This document shows positions 46,201-58,800 of a DNA stretch of 64,000 bases, in pieces. The notes below the pieces were generated by a model, which saw only the letters and a list, made by a program, of their open reading frames with translations, made no database searches and had not been told where the DNA came from. Numbering within the stretch: position 1 is the stretch's first letter; each line of letters starts with the position of its first letter. The stretch comes from Thraustochytrium aureum (lineage: Eukaryota). The stretch is from contig BLSG01000215.1 in assembly GCA_012862495.1 (NCBI GenBank), forward strand, positions 41,100-105,099, read 5' to 3'. Position numbers and translations under genes: made by a program.

Positions 46201-47614
46201 CGGGGTCCTGCCCATCATGCTGCGCGAGATATTGGAGACGCGGTTCGCAGTCAAGGACGGCTTGAAGGTTTGCAAACGCCAAGGTCGTGACGCGTGGCGG
46301 CGCGTGTTGGACGCGCGCCAGCTCGCGCTCAAGCTTCTTGCGAACGTGACGTACGGATACACTTCGGCCTCCTATTCCGGGCGAATGCCAATGTCCACGC
46401 TGGCTGACGCTATTGTCTCGCAGAGCAAGCGCGCCTTGGAGACCACGATGCGCCTGGCGGTGCACCCCGAGTCGCCCTGGTTTGCGCGGTGCCCAAAGCC
46501 CCCGCGAGTTGTGTACGGGGACACCGACTCGCTGTTCCTGGTCCTCCCTGATTGCAAGCTCGAAGCCGCCTTTGAGATCGCCAACCACCTTGCAGAGCAC
46601 GCCACGACTTTATTCCCGGCGCCGATGAAGCTGCAGATGGAAAAGGTCTACCTGCCGAGCATGCTCGTTGCCAAAAAGCGGTACTGCGGCATGCGGTACG
46701 ACGACCCCAAGGCCCCGCCAACAATTGAGAGTAAGGGCCTCGAAACCATCCGCCGGGACTCGTGCCCGCTGATGCAGCGCGTGATGAACGACATGCTCCA
46801 CGTGCTTTTCACAACGCGTGACGTGTCCGCCGCGAAGCGCGCGTTCCAAGGGCACATGCGCGACGTTCTCGAGAACCGAGTGAGCGTGCGAGAGTTTGTG
46901 TTCGCCAGCAAGGTCAAGGTCCCGATCGAGTCTTCGTATCGTGCGGCAGTGCTTCCGCCGAGCGTCGCGGTCGCCAAAGCGCAGGCAGAGCGCGACCCAA
47001 TGCTGATGCCTGTTCACAAGGAAAGGGTTCCCTACGTTATCGTGAATGGGCCGCCCTCAGCGCGACTCGTCGACATGGTGGAGCCGCCACACCCGGAAGC
47101 CAACATCAACGCTCTCTACTACATCCGCAACAAGCTTGTCCTGCCTCTCAACCGGCTCTTGCGGCTCCTTCACGTTGACGTGGAGCGCTGGTACAAGTCG
47201 ATGAACAAGTCGCCCACGCTTTCCCTGCGAATGCTGCGAGGGACTTCATCCAAGTCGCGCTTCGGAAAGGCTGGCGAGGCGGCCGTAGCGTCGTCTGCTT
47301 CCGTATCTGACTGGATGCATCGCAGCGCCGAGCTTGCCGCTCAGCGCGGCGGCGGACTCGCGGGCCGCGGGATCCACCGTCACTTTCAAACGCTCACGTG
47401 CGCGGCGTGCGGGTCGTCGTTTGGGGCGCACGTTGCCGGGACGCGCGAGAGAGAGGCCACAGCGGACGGCGACTTTGGCGAGGACCGCGTTTGCGCACTG
47501 TGCAAGACGCGCCCGCAGGCAGCTGCGCTAGCTCTCGTGATTCGTGGCGCGAAGCGGAGCGCCGCCGCCTGCGCTGCGAGTACACCTGCAAGGCGTGCAC
47601 AGGCGAGCTTGGTT
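43241..47614 (+). CDS. REV3: DNA polymerase zeta catalytic subunit; internal gap, frameshifts near 44765 and 47540, 3' end in gap
   Basis: N-terminal IDHY, PVIRVFGRT, HIHGCFPY, QPYETHIPYLLQF; PolB motifs LDFRSLYPS, QLALKLLANVTYGYTSASYSGRMP, YGDTDSLF, KKRYCG, KGLETIRRD; C-terminal CAAC..CALC and CKAC. Confidence 0.95.
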
Positions 47615-48078
47615 NNNNNNNNNNNNNNNNNNNNNNNNNNNNNNNNNNNNNNNNNNNNNNNNNNNNNNNNNNNNNNNNNNNNNNNNNNNNNNNNNNNNNN
47701 NNNNNNNNNNNNNNNNNNNNNNNNNNNNNNNNNNNNNNNNNNNNNNNNNNNNNNNNNNNNNNNNNNNNNNNNNNNNNNNNNNNNNNNNNNNNNNNNNNNN
47801 NNNNNNNNNNNNNNNNNNNNNNNNNNNNNNNNNNNNNNNNNNNNNNNNNNNNNNNNNNNNNNNNNNNNNNNNNNNNNNNNNNNNNNNNNNNNNNNNNNNN
47901 NNNNNNNNNNNNNNNNNNNNNNNNNNNNNNNNNNNNNNNNNNNNNNNNNNNNNNNNNNNNNNNNNNNNNNNNNNNNNNNNNNNNNNNNNNNNNNNNNNNN
48001 NNNNNNNNNNNNNNNNNNNNNNNNNNNNNNNNNNNNNNNNNNNNNNNNNNNNNNNNNNNNNNNNNNNNNNNNNNNNNN

Positions 48079-50095
48079 TGATAAACGTGTCCAAGCCACG
48101 AAGTACCTTGCCTGCGTCTTGGAGTGTTATGGAAAGGCTATACCGGTCGGCAAAGAATCCTTGGATCATCTTGCGCGTGGCGCCCGGAGTCAAGAAGCCT
48201 GTTTTCGCGGGGTCGAGGAACTCGTCCCACAGCGCCACGGCGTTGACATCGCCTGCAGTGTACATCGTTTCAAGGACGTCGATGCACTCCTCTTTGGATA
48301 TTTTCCGCCGGTCGCGCCGGCGCCGCGCCTTGACTTTCACGAGCTTGCCATCTGCGGTCCGGGTCCAGGTCCAGGAGTCCTGTCTGCTCGGGCCCAACGT
48401 GGAGCTCGACCCTGTTGAAGCTAAGTTGTTGCTGTACTGTTGCTGCGTTTGGTCCATCGATATCTCGTGGTACAGCGAGCCCGGGCGCTCCGCGTTCGCT
48501 GGCGAAAGTGGCGGTCGATTGGTTTGCGGGTGGCTGGACCACTCGGGGTCAAACCCAGGGGACTGCAAGAGCGCCCTGGCCGCGTGGGAATGGAATTGCT
48601 CCGGTGTAATGGAGGAAAGTGTCGCGAGGCGCGGCGCGCCGTCGAGCCCCTGGGTAACACCGGGCAGTGGGGCGACGCCGTGGAGCTCTCCAGCTTGGCT
48701 GCCGACGACGATGGCGGCGCCGGGGAGATGCGTCGGGCACAAGTTGCACTGGCCTGCGAGAATGGGGTCGCCGGACGACATATTCACCGAGGCATTTTTG
48801 GTGAGTCTGTCCGCCGACTGCGTCCTGCGGAGGCTGCGAATCCTCGGTGAGAATTGCTGCCGCGTGCGCTCGATGGCCCTCTTTGCGTCGCAAAACGCGT
48901 AAATAGTGTCGAAGACTCGGGCGGCGAGGCGAGGCGCCATTATGCTTGCGTACTCGCTGTCTTCGCCTGGCGGGAGCGGCGCGTGCTTGTACCCGTGCGG
49001 GAGCTCGAACCCGTCGACCTCGTGCGTGTCAATGTACCTTGCCACTTGGTGCCAAGCGCGGGGATCGAGGCCCTTGCCTTCCGTCGGGGTGTCGATTATC
49101 TTGCTGTGCATTAGTCGGAACAGAGGGCTGGGCGTCTGTCCGACAAGCGCGCATAAAACGTGTTCCTTTAGCATGGTGTTTGCCACTCGGTCAGCGTACG
49201 CCCGAGTGTTGAAGCCTTGCGACCAGTGGGACCGGAGGGTGACAGTTATCACTTGCGAGAGAAAGATCATAATGAGGATTCCCAGCACGCGCGTGAAGAC
49301 GTAGAAGGGCCGTTCCCAAGTCGCGTAGAGCTCTCCGGAGCTGTTGCGAGGTGCAAGGCCCACGAAAGCACAGAGCAAAAACGCCGACCACAACAAGCGG
49401 AAAGACTGCTGCTTCGCCGCGGCAAAGTAAAAGATGACGTGCGACAGGTTGCGCTTGAGCCGTGCCGACTCAAAGTAGCCGAGCACTGCCTTGGCACTGA
49501 TCAAGAAAGTTGCTTGGAGCACTTCGACTATGATGAACAAGCAAAGGGAAACTCCGACGACATCCAGCGCGCGGCCAACAGAGACTTGATCGACGTGGAC
49601 CTCAATGACAATTCCCGCAACGATCAGCGCGAGACCAAACCCGGCCGATACCCACTCTACTGTCTGGGTGAGCAGCGCTATGGGCTGGCCTTCGACGGCT
49701 CGGGCCATGGCCTCATTGAGTGCGCCTTCCTCATCGTCCACGAAAGATTCGCTGAGGCCCGCGTCAGAGCTTGCTGCGTTCCTCTTGGAGCTTGGGCTAG
49801 CCCAGTCGGCGTTGTCCCCGCCTTGCAGCTTTGTGTCGCCTAGAAAGTGGACATGAGTTGATGCGTGTCCTGAGCCCGGAATATTCACCACCTCCTCCAA
49901 GTTGTTGTTGTGTTCGTTGACGTAGCTTGTGGAGTAGCTCGTCGTACTGCCCGCGTTCTGATCCGTCAGCTGCTCCTCCCCAGAGGTTTCGCGTCTCGTT
50001 TGTTCGTCAGTCACGGACGCCGCGGTCGCAGTCCTGCGAAGAATCCGGCTCGTCACGGACGTTCGTTGATACGCTTCAGCCGCAGCCGCGTCCAT
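48079..50095 (-). CDS. Eukaryotic MscS-like mechanosensitive channel (MSL/Msy type); channel core in gap
   Basis: Disordered N-terminus, about 4 TM helices, FNTRAYADRV..LKEHVLCAL, then EF-like DPAKTGFLT and DRYSLSITLQDAGKVLRGLD, matching the segment that precedes the MscS domain in plant and fungal MSLs. Confidence 0.7.
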
Positions 50096-50804
50096 CCCGT
50101 TCGCACAGCGCCAACCTCCGCCGCCTGCAGCCGCACCACTTTGTGGTTCCCAGTTGGTTTCTCGTTCAGGACCTGGCTCTCGGCTCGGCGTCACCTCGCA
50201 CGTTCGGCTGCGCGGCTCGGCTCGCCCGTCGGGCCCTGTCACGGCCGTCCACGAACGACGGAAGGTCGCGCACTGCCGCCTGAAGACGGTCGCGTTCTCT
50301 GATGTCAGTGAATACGCGAAGAGCCCGCAGGACGAGCGAGATGGAGGTGGGGGTTTGTCGATGCGTTGGAAGCTAGTACTCTACAGCGGGGTAGAGCAAC
50401 TCGGAGGTCTGTCTGCCTCATTGTCGAGGGAACTGCGCAGCGCGCTCGTGCGTAGGTAAGGCGTACCTACCGTACCCCGTACCGTAGACGTGCGTTCGAG
50501 TTGGTCACCGCTGGACGGCTGGACGCATCGGTCGACACGACCGCAGCTTGCCATGAGCGAACAGCGTACATGGAGCGGCTTTGCACAAGAAATGGCGCGT
50601 TGGTCGCAAGTGAAGGCTGCGGCGCGCGGGGTCCGGTATTTTTTTTAAAATGGAAACCACACGTCGCAAGTGGGGTCCTCGCACAGTTGTGAGGCGAAGG
50701 AGTAGCGGATCGTTCCCCGCAACGATTTGGGGTCGTTCACCGTGACGCCGTGACGAGGGAGATCCGGCGTGACGAAAGAGGTCACTGCTCAAGGACTACC
50801 TACT

Positions 50805-52043
50805 CTAGTTGTTCTGGGCGAGCACGGTGACGAGGCGCTCAAGGTTGTCGCCCGAGTTTTGGTCCTCGAGGAAGTCAAAGAGGGAGGTCTTCTTGCCATC
50901 GACCACGACCTGCGCGTCCGCCATCCACTGCTTGAGCTTCTCCTTGGGCACGCCGAGGCTGAGGACAGCCTTGCCGAAGACGTCGTTGTCCAGGTCGGCG
51001 CCGCACCAGTTGACGCGCTCGGCCATGGCCTCGAAGGGGCTCGCAGAAGCGTGGACTCCGTTGTCGCCGACGTCCGGGACCGCCGGGAGGCCGAGCTCTT
51101 CCCACTTTTCGTAGATGACGCGGCGGAGCGAGCCCTCCTCGGCGGTGGTCGGGTCGGTGCCGCCGAGCACCTTGCCGCGAAAGTCCTCCCAGGCCAGCTG
51201 CGCGGGGTCCCACTCGACCACAAAGTAGTGGATCTTGGCAGGGGGCGAGCAGTACTTTTGGCGCATCGACATGTAGAACCCGTTGATGATGTAGATGCCG
51301 TCCACCTTGCCCACGTAGTGGCCGCCTCCAAACTTGAGCAAGTCCTTGTCGCGCGACAGCGTCGACCACTTGGCGTCCAGCTGCTCGCCGTCGATGCCGA
51401 GCTTCTTGCACGCGTCAGCCGCGTTGAAGACCTTGCCCTCCGCGACCGCGGCGGCCCAGTCCTCGCCAAACATCTCCTTGAACTGCTTCTGGCCCTTCTC
51501 CGGCACGTTCTGGTCCTCCGGCTTGAGCGAGACCGCCTTGCTCGCGATCGCGCCGTAGTGCGTGTCAATCAGCTGCTTGCTGTCAATTACGTCGTGCCCC
51601 AGCGTGCCCTCGGCCTTGACCTCGATCCCGGCCTTGGCGAGCCCCTCCGCCACGAGCTTCTCCACCGCGTCCGTCACGGCGTGGGGCTTGATGAACACGA
51701 ACGCCTGGTTCTTCGCAGAGGCGGCCATAACGGCGAACGCGCTCTCGATCTTTTGCACCCGGCCCTCGAGCGACGCGATGCGCTCCTCGTCCGCGCCCGA
51801 CTCGATCACCACGGTCACCGAGCTCTCCGCCGGCTCGCTCGCCGCCGTCGCGGCAGGCTCTGCCTCAGCAGGCGCCGCCTCTCCGCCGCGCCCAAACGCG
51901 AGCAGGCACAGCATGCCAGCGGCAGCGCCGCCCGCCGCCTGCATGTTGAACGAGTTCGCGCTCGTGCTCGCGCTGCCGCTCGCCAGCCCACGTCGGGCCA
52001 CGCGCAGCCCTTGGCCGCGCCCGGCAATCACGAGCACCCCAGC
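50805..52043 (-). CDS. Nucleoside diphosphate kinase-like protein (long protist type) with N-terminal targeting-like extension; start in gap
   Basis: AFVFIKPHA, IDTHY, INGFY, WEDFRGKVLGGTDP..AEEGSLR, DNGVHASASPFEAMAE with the catalytic-His position retained. Confidence 0.8.
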   Translation of the reverse strand, partial: AGVLVIAGRGQGLRVARRGLASGSASTSANSFNMQAAGGAAAGMLCLLAFGRGGEAAPAEAEPAATAASEPAESSVTVVIESGADEERIASLEGRVQKIESAFAVMAASAKNQAFVFIKPHAVTDAVEKLVAEGLAKAGIEVKAEGTLGHDVIDSKQLIDTHYGAIASKAVSLKPEDQNVPEKGQKQFKEMFGEDWAAAVAEGKVFNAADACKKLGIDGEQLDAKWSTLSRDKDLLKFGGGHYVGKVDGIYIINGFYMSMRQKYCSPPAKIHYFVVEWDPAQLAWEDFRGKVLGGTDPTTAEEGSLRRVIYEKWEELGLPAVPDVGDNGVHASASPFEAMAERVNWCGADLDNDVFGKAVLSLGVPKEKLKQWMADAQVVVDGKKTSLFDFLEDQNSGDNLERLVTVLAQNN

Positions 52044-52831
52044 NNNNNNNNNNNNNNNNNNNNNNNNNNNNNNNNNNNNNNNNNNNNNNNNNNNNNNNNN
52101 NNNNNNNNNNNNNNNNNNNNNNNNNNNNNNNNNNNNNNNNNNNNNNNNNNNNNNNNNNNNNNNNNNNNNNNNNNNNNNNNNNNNNNNNNNNNNNNNNNNN
52201 NNNNNNNNNNNNNNNNNNNNNNNNNNNNNNNNNNNNNNNNNNNNNNNNNNNNNNNNNNNNNNNNNNNNNNNNNNNNNNNNNNNNNNNNNNNNNNNNNNNN
52301 NNNNNNNNNNNNNNNNNNNNNNNNNNNNNNNNNNNNNNNNNNNNNNNNNNNNNNNNNNNNNNNNNNNNNNNNNNNNNNNNNNNNNNNNNNNNNNNNNNNN
52401 NNNNNNNNNNNNNNNNNNNNNNNNNNNNNNNNNNNNNNNNNNNNNNNNNNNNNNNNNNNNNNNNNNNNNNNNNNNNNNNNNNNNNNNNNNNNNNNNNNNN
52501 NNNNNNNNNTCCTCGACTTGGACGATCGAAGCTCGCGAGTTGCACGGGGCGCGCGACAGGAGCTTCTGGCGACGAGCCCCCGCCCCGGTCTCGAATGAAC
52601 CACTCCCACCCATAGCAACCAACTTTATCAACCGAACGAAACCATGTGCCAAACGTCTGTTCTGCATCGGAAGATGGACGACGGCTGGCGAGTCTTCATA
52701 GCGAGACATGGACTGTGCTTCGGCAGCCCACTGCCGTCCTGACCGTCCTGACCGTCCTGGGGTGCAGCGAACGAGCGGCAGTCGCAGTTGCGCAGCGACG
52801 CCGGTTGCGCGCAATGAGCGCCGTCGGATGA

Positions 52832-53535
52832 TCAGGGTGAGGAGCCCGCGGCCTTCATCGCCTTGAGGACCTCGCGGTCGTCCTGCGCGCCGGAAAGCGT
52901 GCCCGTGAGCTGGCCATTGCTGTTGAAAAAAGACATCTGGGGAACACCTTCCTCCTGCGCCCGCGCTGCCGCAGCCTGCTCGCAAATCGCTTCGACCGCA
53001 GCGCCATCGGACACGGCAGAAAGAACAAATTCCCGGAGAGCCCAACGCGCGCGCCAAGCTCCACCAAGACTTGGTCCGAGTCGATGTTGGCAAAGTCAAT
53101 GTGAAAAGCCTTGAAGATGCTGCCGGCGAGGTCCCGCAGTTTCGTATTCTTGTCCAGCGCAGCTGCGGCGGCCGCCATGAGCGCGTGGGCTTTTGCAGAG
53201 TTTACCATCCTGCGCGCGGCGACGTCGGTGCGAAAGTAGATTCCAACGTCTGCTCCCATCTGATATAGCATCGAGGCGCGCATCTCCTTGGGGCTGGTCG
53301 ACGCCCGGGCCTCCGCCTCCTCGACCGAGAGCCCCTTGGCGAGAAAATAGTCCATCACCGACAGCCCATCGCCGTGCGGGATGTCCTTGTTGAGCTGGTA
53401 AGCCACGAAGTCGACGTGAAGGTCAAACTTGTCGCTCCATGCGGCGGCTACCGTCTCGAGCGATTGCTGCCCGATGTAGCACCAGGGGCACAAGAAGTCG
53501 CTCACAAGGCGGACGACGACCGGCGTCGGGGCCAT
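52832..53535 (-). CDS. DsbA/FrnE-like thioredoxin-fold oxidoreductase; frameshift near 53035
   Basis: SDFLCPWCYIG, YQLN, NSAKAHAL, cis-Pro loop GVP and LSGAQ. Confidence 0.85.
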
Positions 53536-53605
53536 CGCGAGATGCCGCGAGCACCTGGTTTGCGCTCCGTCAGGCGCTCCGGCTTGCTGTCGCAGGGGAA
53601 ATTTC

Positions 53606-53660
53606 GTGCCCCAAGCGGCCGGGTGCACCAAGCGGCCGAGTGCACCAAGCGGCCGAGTGC
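53606..53660. repeat. 17-bp tandem repeat x3 upstream of the DsbA/FrnE gene
   Basis: GTGC(A/C)CCAAGCGGCCG(A/G) three times plus GTGC. Confidence 0.9.
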
Positions 53661-53882
53661 TGCCGCGCCTTCTTCGCACTCGCAGAGCGGGGGCGTTGCG
53701 GGCGCTCGCTCGACTGAAAACTCTGCCAAAACGAAAACACACTCGCTTGCGCAACTCCTGTGGCGCGACCACAATCTTTTCTTTCTGTTTTTGTTGGCGT
53801 ACGGGTTGATTGAGTAGGTAATGTTACAGAACGCCGAGCAGCTTCCGTTCGGCTGGCTTTCCATTCCTCTGGTCATGATGCA

Positions 53883-55430
53883 TCAGAGCCGCTGCCTCAA
53901 CGCCTCCCGCGCCAACACCGTCGCCGTTTCGTGGTCGCTGATAGAGCTGTCCGAGAGGAGCTCGCCAAGCGCTTGGTCCACCGTTTTCCGAATCGTGCCA
54001 ATCTGCCTTCGAAGGCGAGCGTTCTCAGCCTCGAGGGCCCGGGTGTACGGGGCCAGAGCTCTCAGCTGCTGATTGGCAGCTAGTAGAGCTCCCTGATTGA
54101 GGTTCGTCGCGATGAATGCGTACTCGACGACGCTCTCTCGCCACGCCCGGTTGAACATAATCATCTTGTTGAGCTCGCGGCGCACGAAAGCGCAGCGCAT
54201 CGCCTCGCTCTGGTGGCAAGCAAGAGCAAGCGCTTCGAGAGGGACGTGGGATATCGACACGCGCCGCAGGATCAAATCCCGATACTCTTGGGTAAGCGAC
54301 GGGCGCTCAGCCAAGAAACGGAGCGCGACCTGCAATATCCGCTCCGCCAACCCCGCGTCGCGCTTGCTGCTCGCAAGGACCTCAGCTAGGACCGCAGGGT
54401 CCACTGGCTTGGACCGATCCTCCAGGAAGGCAAGATGAACCTCTGCATTTTCTCGCACATGTGTCCTCGCGAACGCGATCACCTTTTCTATGGGGTCGTA
54501 CGCCTTCTCAGCCTCACTGAAGAGCTCCGAAAGGCCCACGCAGCCATCGCTATCCGCCTCCGCGCCTGAATTCGTCTCGACGGCAACTCGGGCGCGCGTG
54601 TCCGCTCTGTTTGCCTTCATCTCGAGCAAGAGTGCCTTAAAGAAGACGACAATCGCATGCTGGTCATAGACCTGTGACACGCCGGCGGCCCGGAGCGCTT
54701 TTGGCGATGCTGCCGCAATGTCTGCGATGGAATGCAGGCCGGCTGCCCGGAAGGCGCTATTGCTCAGCCCTTGCTCGCTTGCATACGTTTCGATCACTTC
54801 TTTCTCATTCACGATCGAGTGCGGGGCTTTCGTGTAGAGCTGGTCGAGCTCCCATGCGATCCTCAAAGACGCGACTGGCTGCCCCAAATTCGTGTCGTGG
54901 GCTTGAGCGGTATGATTGGCGTCAAACGATACGTCGTCGACAGCGCTTGGAGGCTCTCGTGCTGGCTCCTTCTTCTGCTCAGCGGCTTTGCCCTCCTTGA
55001 CAACCCCAGCGCGTCGTGCGTCCTCGTACATCAAAGCAGCTGCAATCGTTGGGCTCATGTTTTCCTTCATCCAGTGCAGAACACCGATCTTGAGGTCCGG
55101 CACCAAGAACTGGTCCGAGACCTCCAGGACTTCGAACGCATCTGCTTCGTGCAAGTCTGTCGGGAGCGTCCCGCTGTACAGGAACTTGAGAATTACCGTG
55201 AGCGCGCTGCGGCTAACGTCGGCAAGGACCAGCTCGCGGCTCTTCCCCTCCGAAAACCCTTGGTCGACGAGGCGACGAAAGAAATCGCTGAACGGCTGTC
55301 GCCGTAGCTTGTACCTGCTCGCACGGACGCGGCCATCCGCACAAACGAACTCGATGTCAGAGCACTCTTCGCTGTCAACTTCGGCATGAAGCTCCGTCGT
55401 ACGGAAAAGGTCAGAATCAACCAGAGACAT
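53883..55430 (-). CDS. BTB/POZ domain protein with possible internal SAM-like domain and C-terminal coiled coil
   Basis: SDIEFVC..SDFFRRL..GFSEG..LADVS..LKFLYSG..SDQFLVPDLK is a typical BTB; C-terminal LEAENARLRRQI coiled coil. Confidence 0.85.
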   Translation of the reverse strand: MSLVDSDLFRTTELHAEVDSEECSDIEFVCADGRVRASRYKLRRQPFSDFFRRLVDQGFSEGKSRELVLADVSRSALTVILKFLYSGTLPTDLHEADAFEVLEVSDQFLVPDLKIGVLHWMKENMSPTIAAALMYEDARRAGVVKEGKAAEQKKEPAREPPSAVDDVSFDANHTAQAHDTNLGQPVASLRIAWELDQLYTKAPHSIVNEKEVIETYASEQGLSNSAFRAAGLHSIADIAAASPKALRAAGVSQVYDQHAIVVFFKALLLEMKANRADTRARVAVETNSGAEADSDGCVGLSELFSEAEKAYDPIEKVIAFARTHVRENAEVHLAFLEDRSKPVDPAVLAEVLASSKRDAGLAERILQVALRFLAERPSLTQEYRDLILRRVSISHVPLEALALACHQSEAMRCAFVRRELNKMIMFNRAWRESVVEYAFIATNLNQGALLAANQQLRALAPYTRALEAENARLRRQIGTIRKTVDQALGELLSDSSISDHETATVLAREALRQRL

Positions 55431-55855
55431 GGTGGCCGCGAAGAGGCGCGCGGGCTGTTCTGCCCTACGGCTTCTTCGCGATGTGGGGCGGCCTCGCCTG
55501 CTGCAGCACCCTGGACGGTCGATTGGGTGTTTGGCAAGCCGGCTTTGGGGCCAAACACGCGCGGATGTCCAGAGCCCTCATCCATTTCGTTCAGGAAACA
55601 CACGAGTGTTGCGGGAACATGACCAGAGCGCAGAAAGGCGCCAGACATCGCCTCCCGACCTGTCGAGCGCGCTCCTCCCGCCACAGAGGAACTGGTTGCC
55701 AGCGAGCAGAGCGTGAGCCAGTGCTCAGCATTCCACGAACGACCCCGAGCGCAGCGGGCGAGCGGAGCGACAAAAGGCAGCAATGGAAATTTTGATCTTT
55801 TTGATTGAAAGTGACGCCGTGGGGTCCATTCGGTTTGGTAGCGCCGAGCACTGCG

Positions 55856-58800
55856 ATGGAACAGAAGAACAAAAGGATTTCGAAGGATGCTGCTGCATTA
55901 TACTGCCGCTTGAAGAAGGCACTACAGACAGGCTCGAGGCAGGGCCGCGGCGCGCAGGCGCGGGCGAGACTCGAGCAGTGCGCTGTATGGCTTCGGCGCG
56001 AGGCTCCAGAGCGATGGCGGGCGATGCGGAGAGCAACGCGAGCGGCGGTACAGCGCCGGCGAGCTCTGCGGGGACCTGGGACGCGGGGCGATTCCGGCGG
56101 CAATGGCGGCAGCCTTGCCAGGGAGTCTGGCGGTCGCAGGTGGAAGTCCGCCCCGACGGCGAGGCAGGTTTGCTGCCTGGTGGACGCCTTCGCGGTGGGC
56201 GAGGTGCGAGCACGGGCGCTACTGCATCTCAAGTATCTGAATGAGTCATGCATGAGCCTCGAGTACGAGGGTGACATCAAGGTCGTGTCCGTGACGGGAA
56301 TGGATGGCAGCGTGGCTCATGCAGCGAGCAGGCCCGACAAGTGCGCGGCCGCGATCCTGGTTGCTTCAACGCGAGTCTGCTTCGTTTACAGACGCTATCA
56401 TGTCGCGTTCGTGCTCGACATGAGCGAATCGATGTACAGCGTCTGCAAGATGCAAACGATGGCAGGACCCGGCCCGGACTACGACATGCCCTGCGAGCAG
56501 GTTCTCCCGGTCCTCAGCGCTGTGTTGCAAGCTTTGGAGCTCCCGTTGGCCGTCCCTGTTTCTGGCGTAAGCATCCGTGTTCAGGTCAAGGTGTCTGTCA
56601 TCGTTCGCAATCTGAGGACGGTCCGGCGTCTTGTGGAAGGGGCTCCGCTCGGCCGTGGTGCTGCTTCGGGGGTACTTGCCACTGTGCGGAGTGGTTTGGA
56701 CGAGTTGGAGAGAGACAGGCAGCGACTCGTCCGTGAACCCGAGACGCAGAAGCGCATGCAGGACGCCATCCTTTGCCCGCTGGCCAGCCCCGACCTCATC
56801 TCGCTACTTAGCGAAGCAATAGCCGCTCTCCAGTACGTCGACCCGATCGCCGCGCCATGCCTCCTCGCCATTACGGACGGCGTGGTTGCAGTCCCGCAAA
56901 CCCCAACAGGCGACGACAGGCAGCCCACGCTCGTCACGCTCGCGCGGCTCGACATCCCGCTCAGCTTCGTCCACGTCTCTGCGCTCGAGATGATAAGCGG
57001 GCCGCTTTGCAATCTTCCCGACGTCTCCAACATGCTCATGTGCGCGGCCGCCACGGGTGGGACCTGCTTTGATGTCAATTTTCTGCGCCACGTCGCGAGC
57101 GAGGCCACAAACTACGCGCTTGCCCACAAGGTTCGACGTCCGACCCGCAAGAGCAAGCGCCGAGCCAAGGCCAGGGGCATGTCGGATACTGGCTCACTTT
57201 CCTCGGCGAGCACAGCTGGTGCAGGCCGCCTTTCAAACCTCGTGGACGAGTACACTCCTCAACCGGGGTACGCTTGCTCGACAAGGCTTGCTGTCGCGTT
57301 GCTGTGCCGCTTCAGCCAGCTCGACGACTCCAACGCTTCCGTTCATTCTGGACCCCAAGGTGGCGCGGTCGCCCCCCCTGGTGCTGGCCCTGGTTTGGCT
57401 CCCTCTGCTGGCCTCGCGCCACCGCACGCTGAGCACGGCGGCGCACCAGCCCGGGTTGTCCGGGTCAGCAGACACTGGTACGAGTTCATCTTCGTCACGG
57501 CTGCAGCGGCGTTTCTCCTTCAACGGGTCAGAAGCCGCCCAAGCCGCCAATCCGAGCAACGCAGCATTGCACGACGTGTCGGGCAGCCTCCTGAGATCGC
57601 AAAGCGCGCAGCACGAGCGGTGGAGGCCGCCGATGCAGCCCTTGGAATTCGGGAGCGGGAGGAGATCATTCAGCGGGAGGTCATCGCCCAAGAGGAGATG
57701 TTTGGAGAAGTGGACTACGCGTCTCAGCAAGGCGTTGGTCCTCTTGCTGGCAGCGCGGCGAGTACGGCCATCCCGGACTTGATCCCAAACGTCCTCGTCC
57801 CGTTTTATTCGCCAAAGCTGTACCGAGCCGCTCTTGAGCCGCGTGTCCGCAAAGCACAAATCATTCAGCCACTTATGGCCATTGACAACGCCTATCCGTG
57901 GCATGGAGACCCACCCGCGGTGCCTGTCTGTGTCAACGAGCTGATGAGCTACCGGGCGATTGTCAACACCACCGAGGTCCTGAACTGCCGACTTGCCGAG
58001 GGATTCGCCATCAAGCAAGTCGTTTACGACCCGCAAGTGCTGTGCGTTCGCCTTGTATTGCCGTACACAGCGCACGTCACCATCAACTACGTCATCAAGG
58101 CAGCGCGGGATCCGCTCGCAGTGCGCGTCCCAGCTTCCATCTCCCTCCGGCTTGTTGCGTCGGCCGACTTTCTTCGAGCATTCTTCAACACTGGGAAGCA
58201 GGTTTCTTCAGCAGCCTCGCCAATTCATGCAACCGCTACGCACTACTCGGCAACCGAATTGCAGAGCGACGCTGGCTCGAACGAAATTGCGTTGCGGCTA
58301 CACCAGTTCGTCAACGCCATCCTCGAAGGAGACCGGGTCCTTGTACATCTCGACCAGCTGCTCCGAGGTGCTCTTGCCACAGCGGGCCACGACTCGTCTC
58401 CAAGCTCACCGAGCCACTCTGTGCAGCCTCCGCTCGCCGAAGGCGCCCATGGGCCCGTTCCGGGCGGCGGCGGCGGTGGCGGCGGTGGCGGCGGCGGCGG
58501 CGGCTTGGAGCAATCGGTAGACGCGCTCAGCTCTACTCAGCAGCGTCAAGAACTGCGGGGCCGGCAGCAAATGCAGCGCAACTCGATTGCCAGCAGTAGC
58601 GCTGCGAGGTCCAAAAAGACCAGGTCGCCTGGGGCGCGAGCGCAGGCTGCACAGATGGCCGCGATACCTGATGCAGTTGCTGGGGATCTGCATTCGCATC
58701 TAAAAGCCGTCGCGCAACGGACGGAAAGCGGTGGCGGCAGCGCGCTCAGCAGCGGAAACGGGGAGTCGCCCGACCTCGCAGGCCAGCAAGCCACGGCTCA

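Noticed and set aside
44285..47614. Viral or Polinton family-B DNA polymerase
   Set aside because: REV3-specific N-terminal motifs, YGYTSASYSGRMP and C-terminal Cys clusters identify cellular Pol zeta; no capsid, integrase or TIRs nearby.
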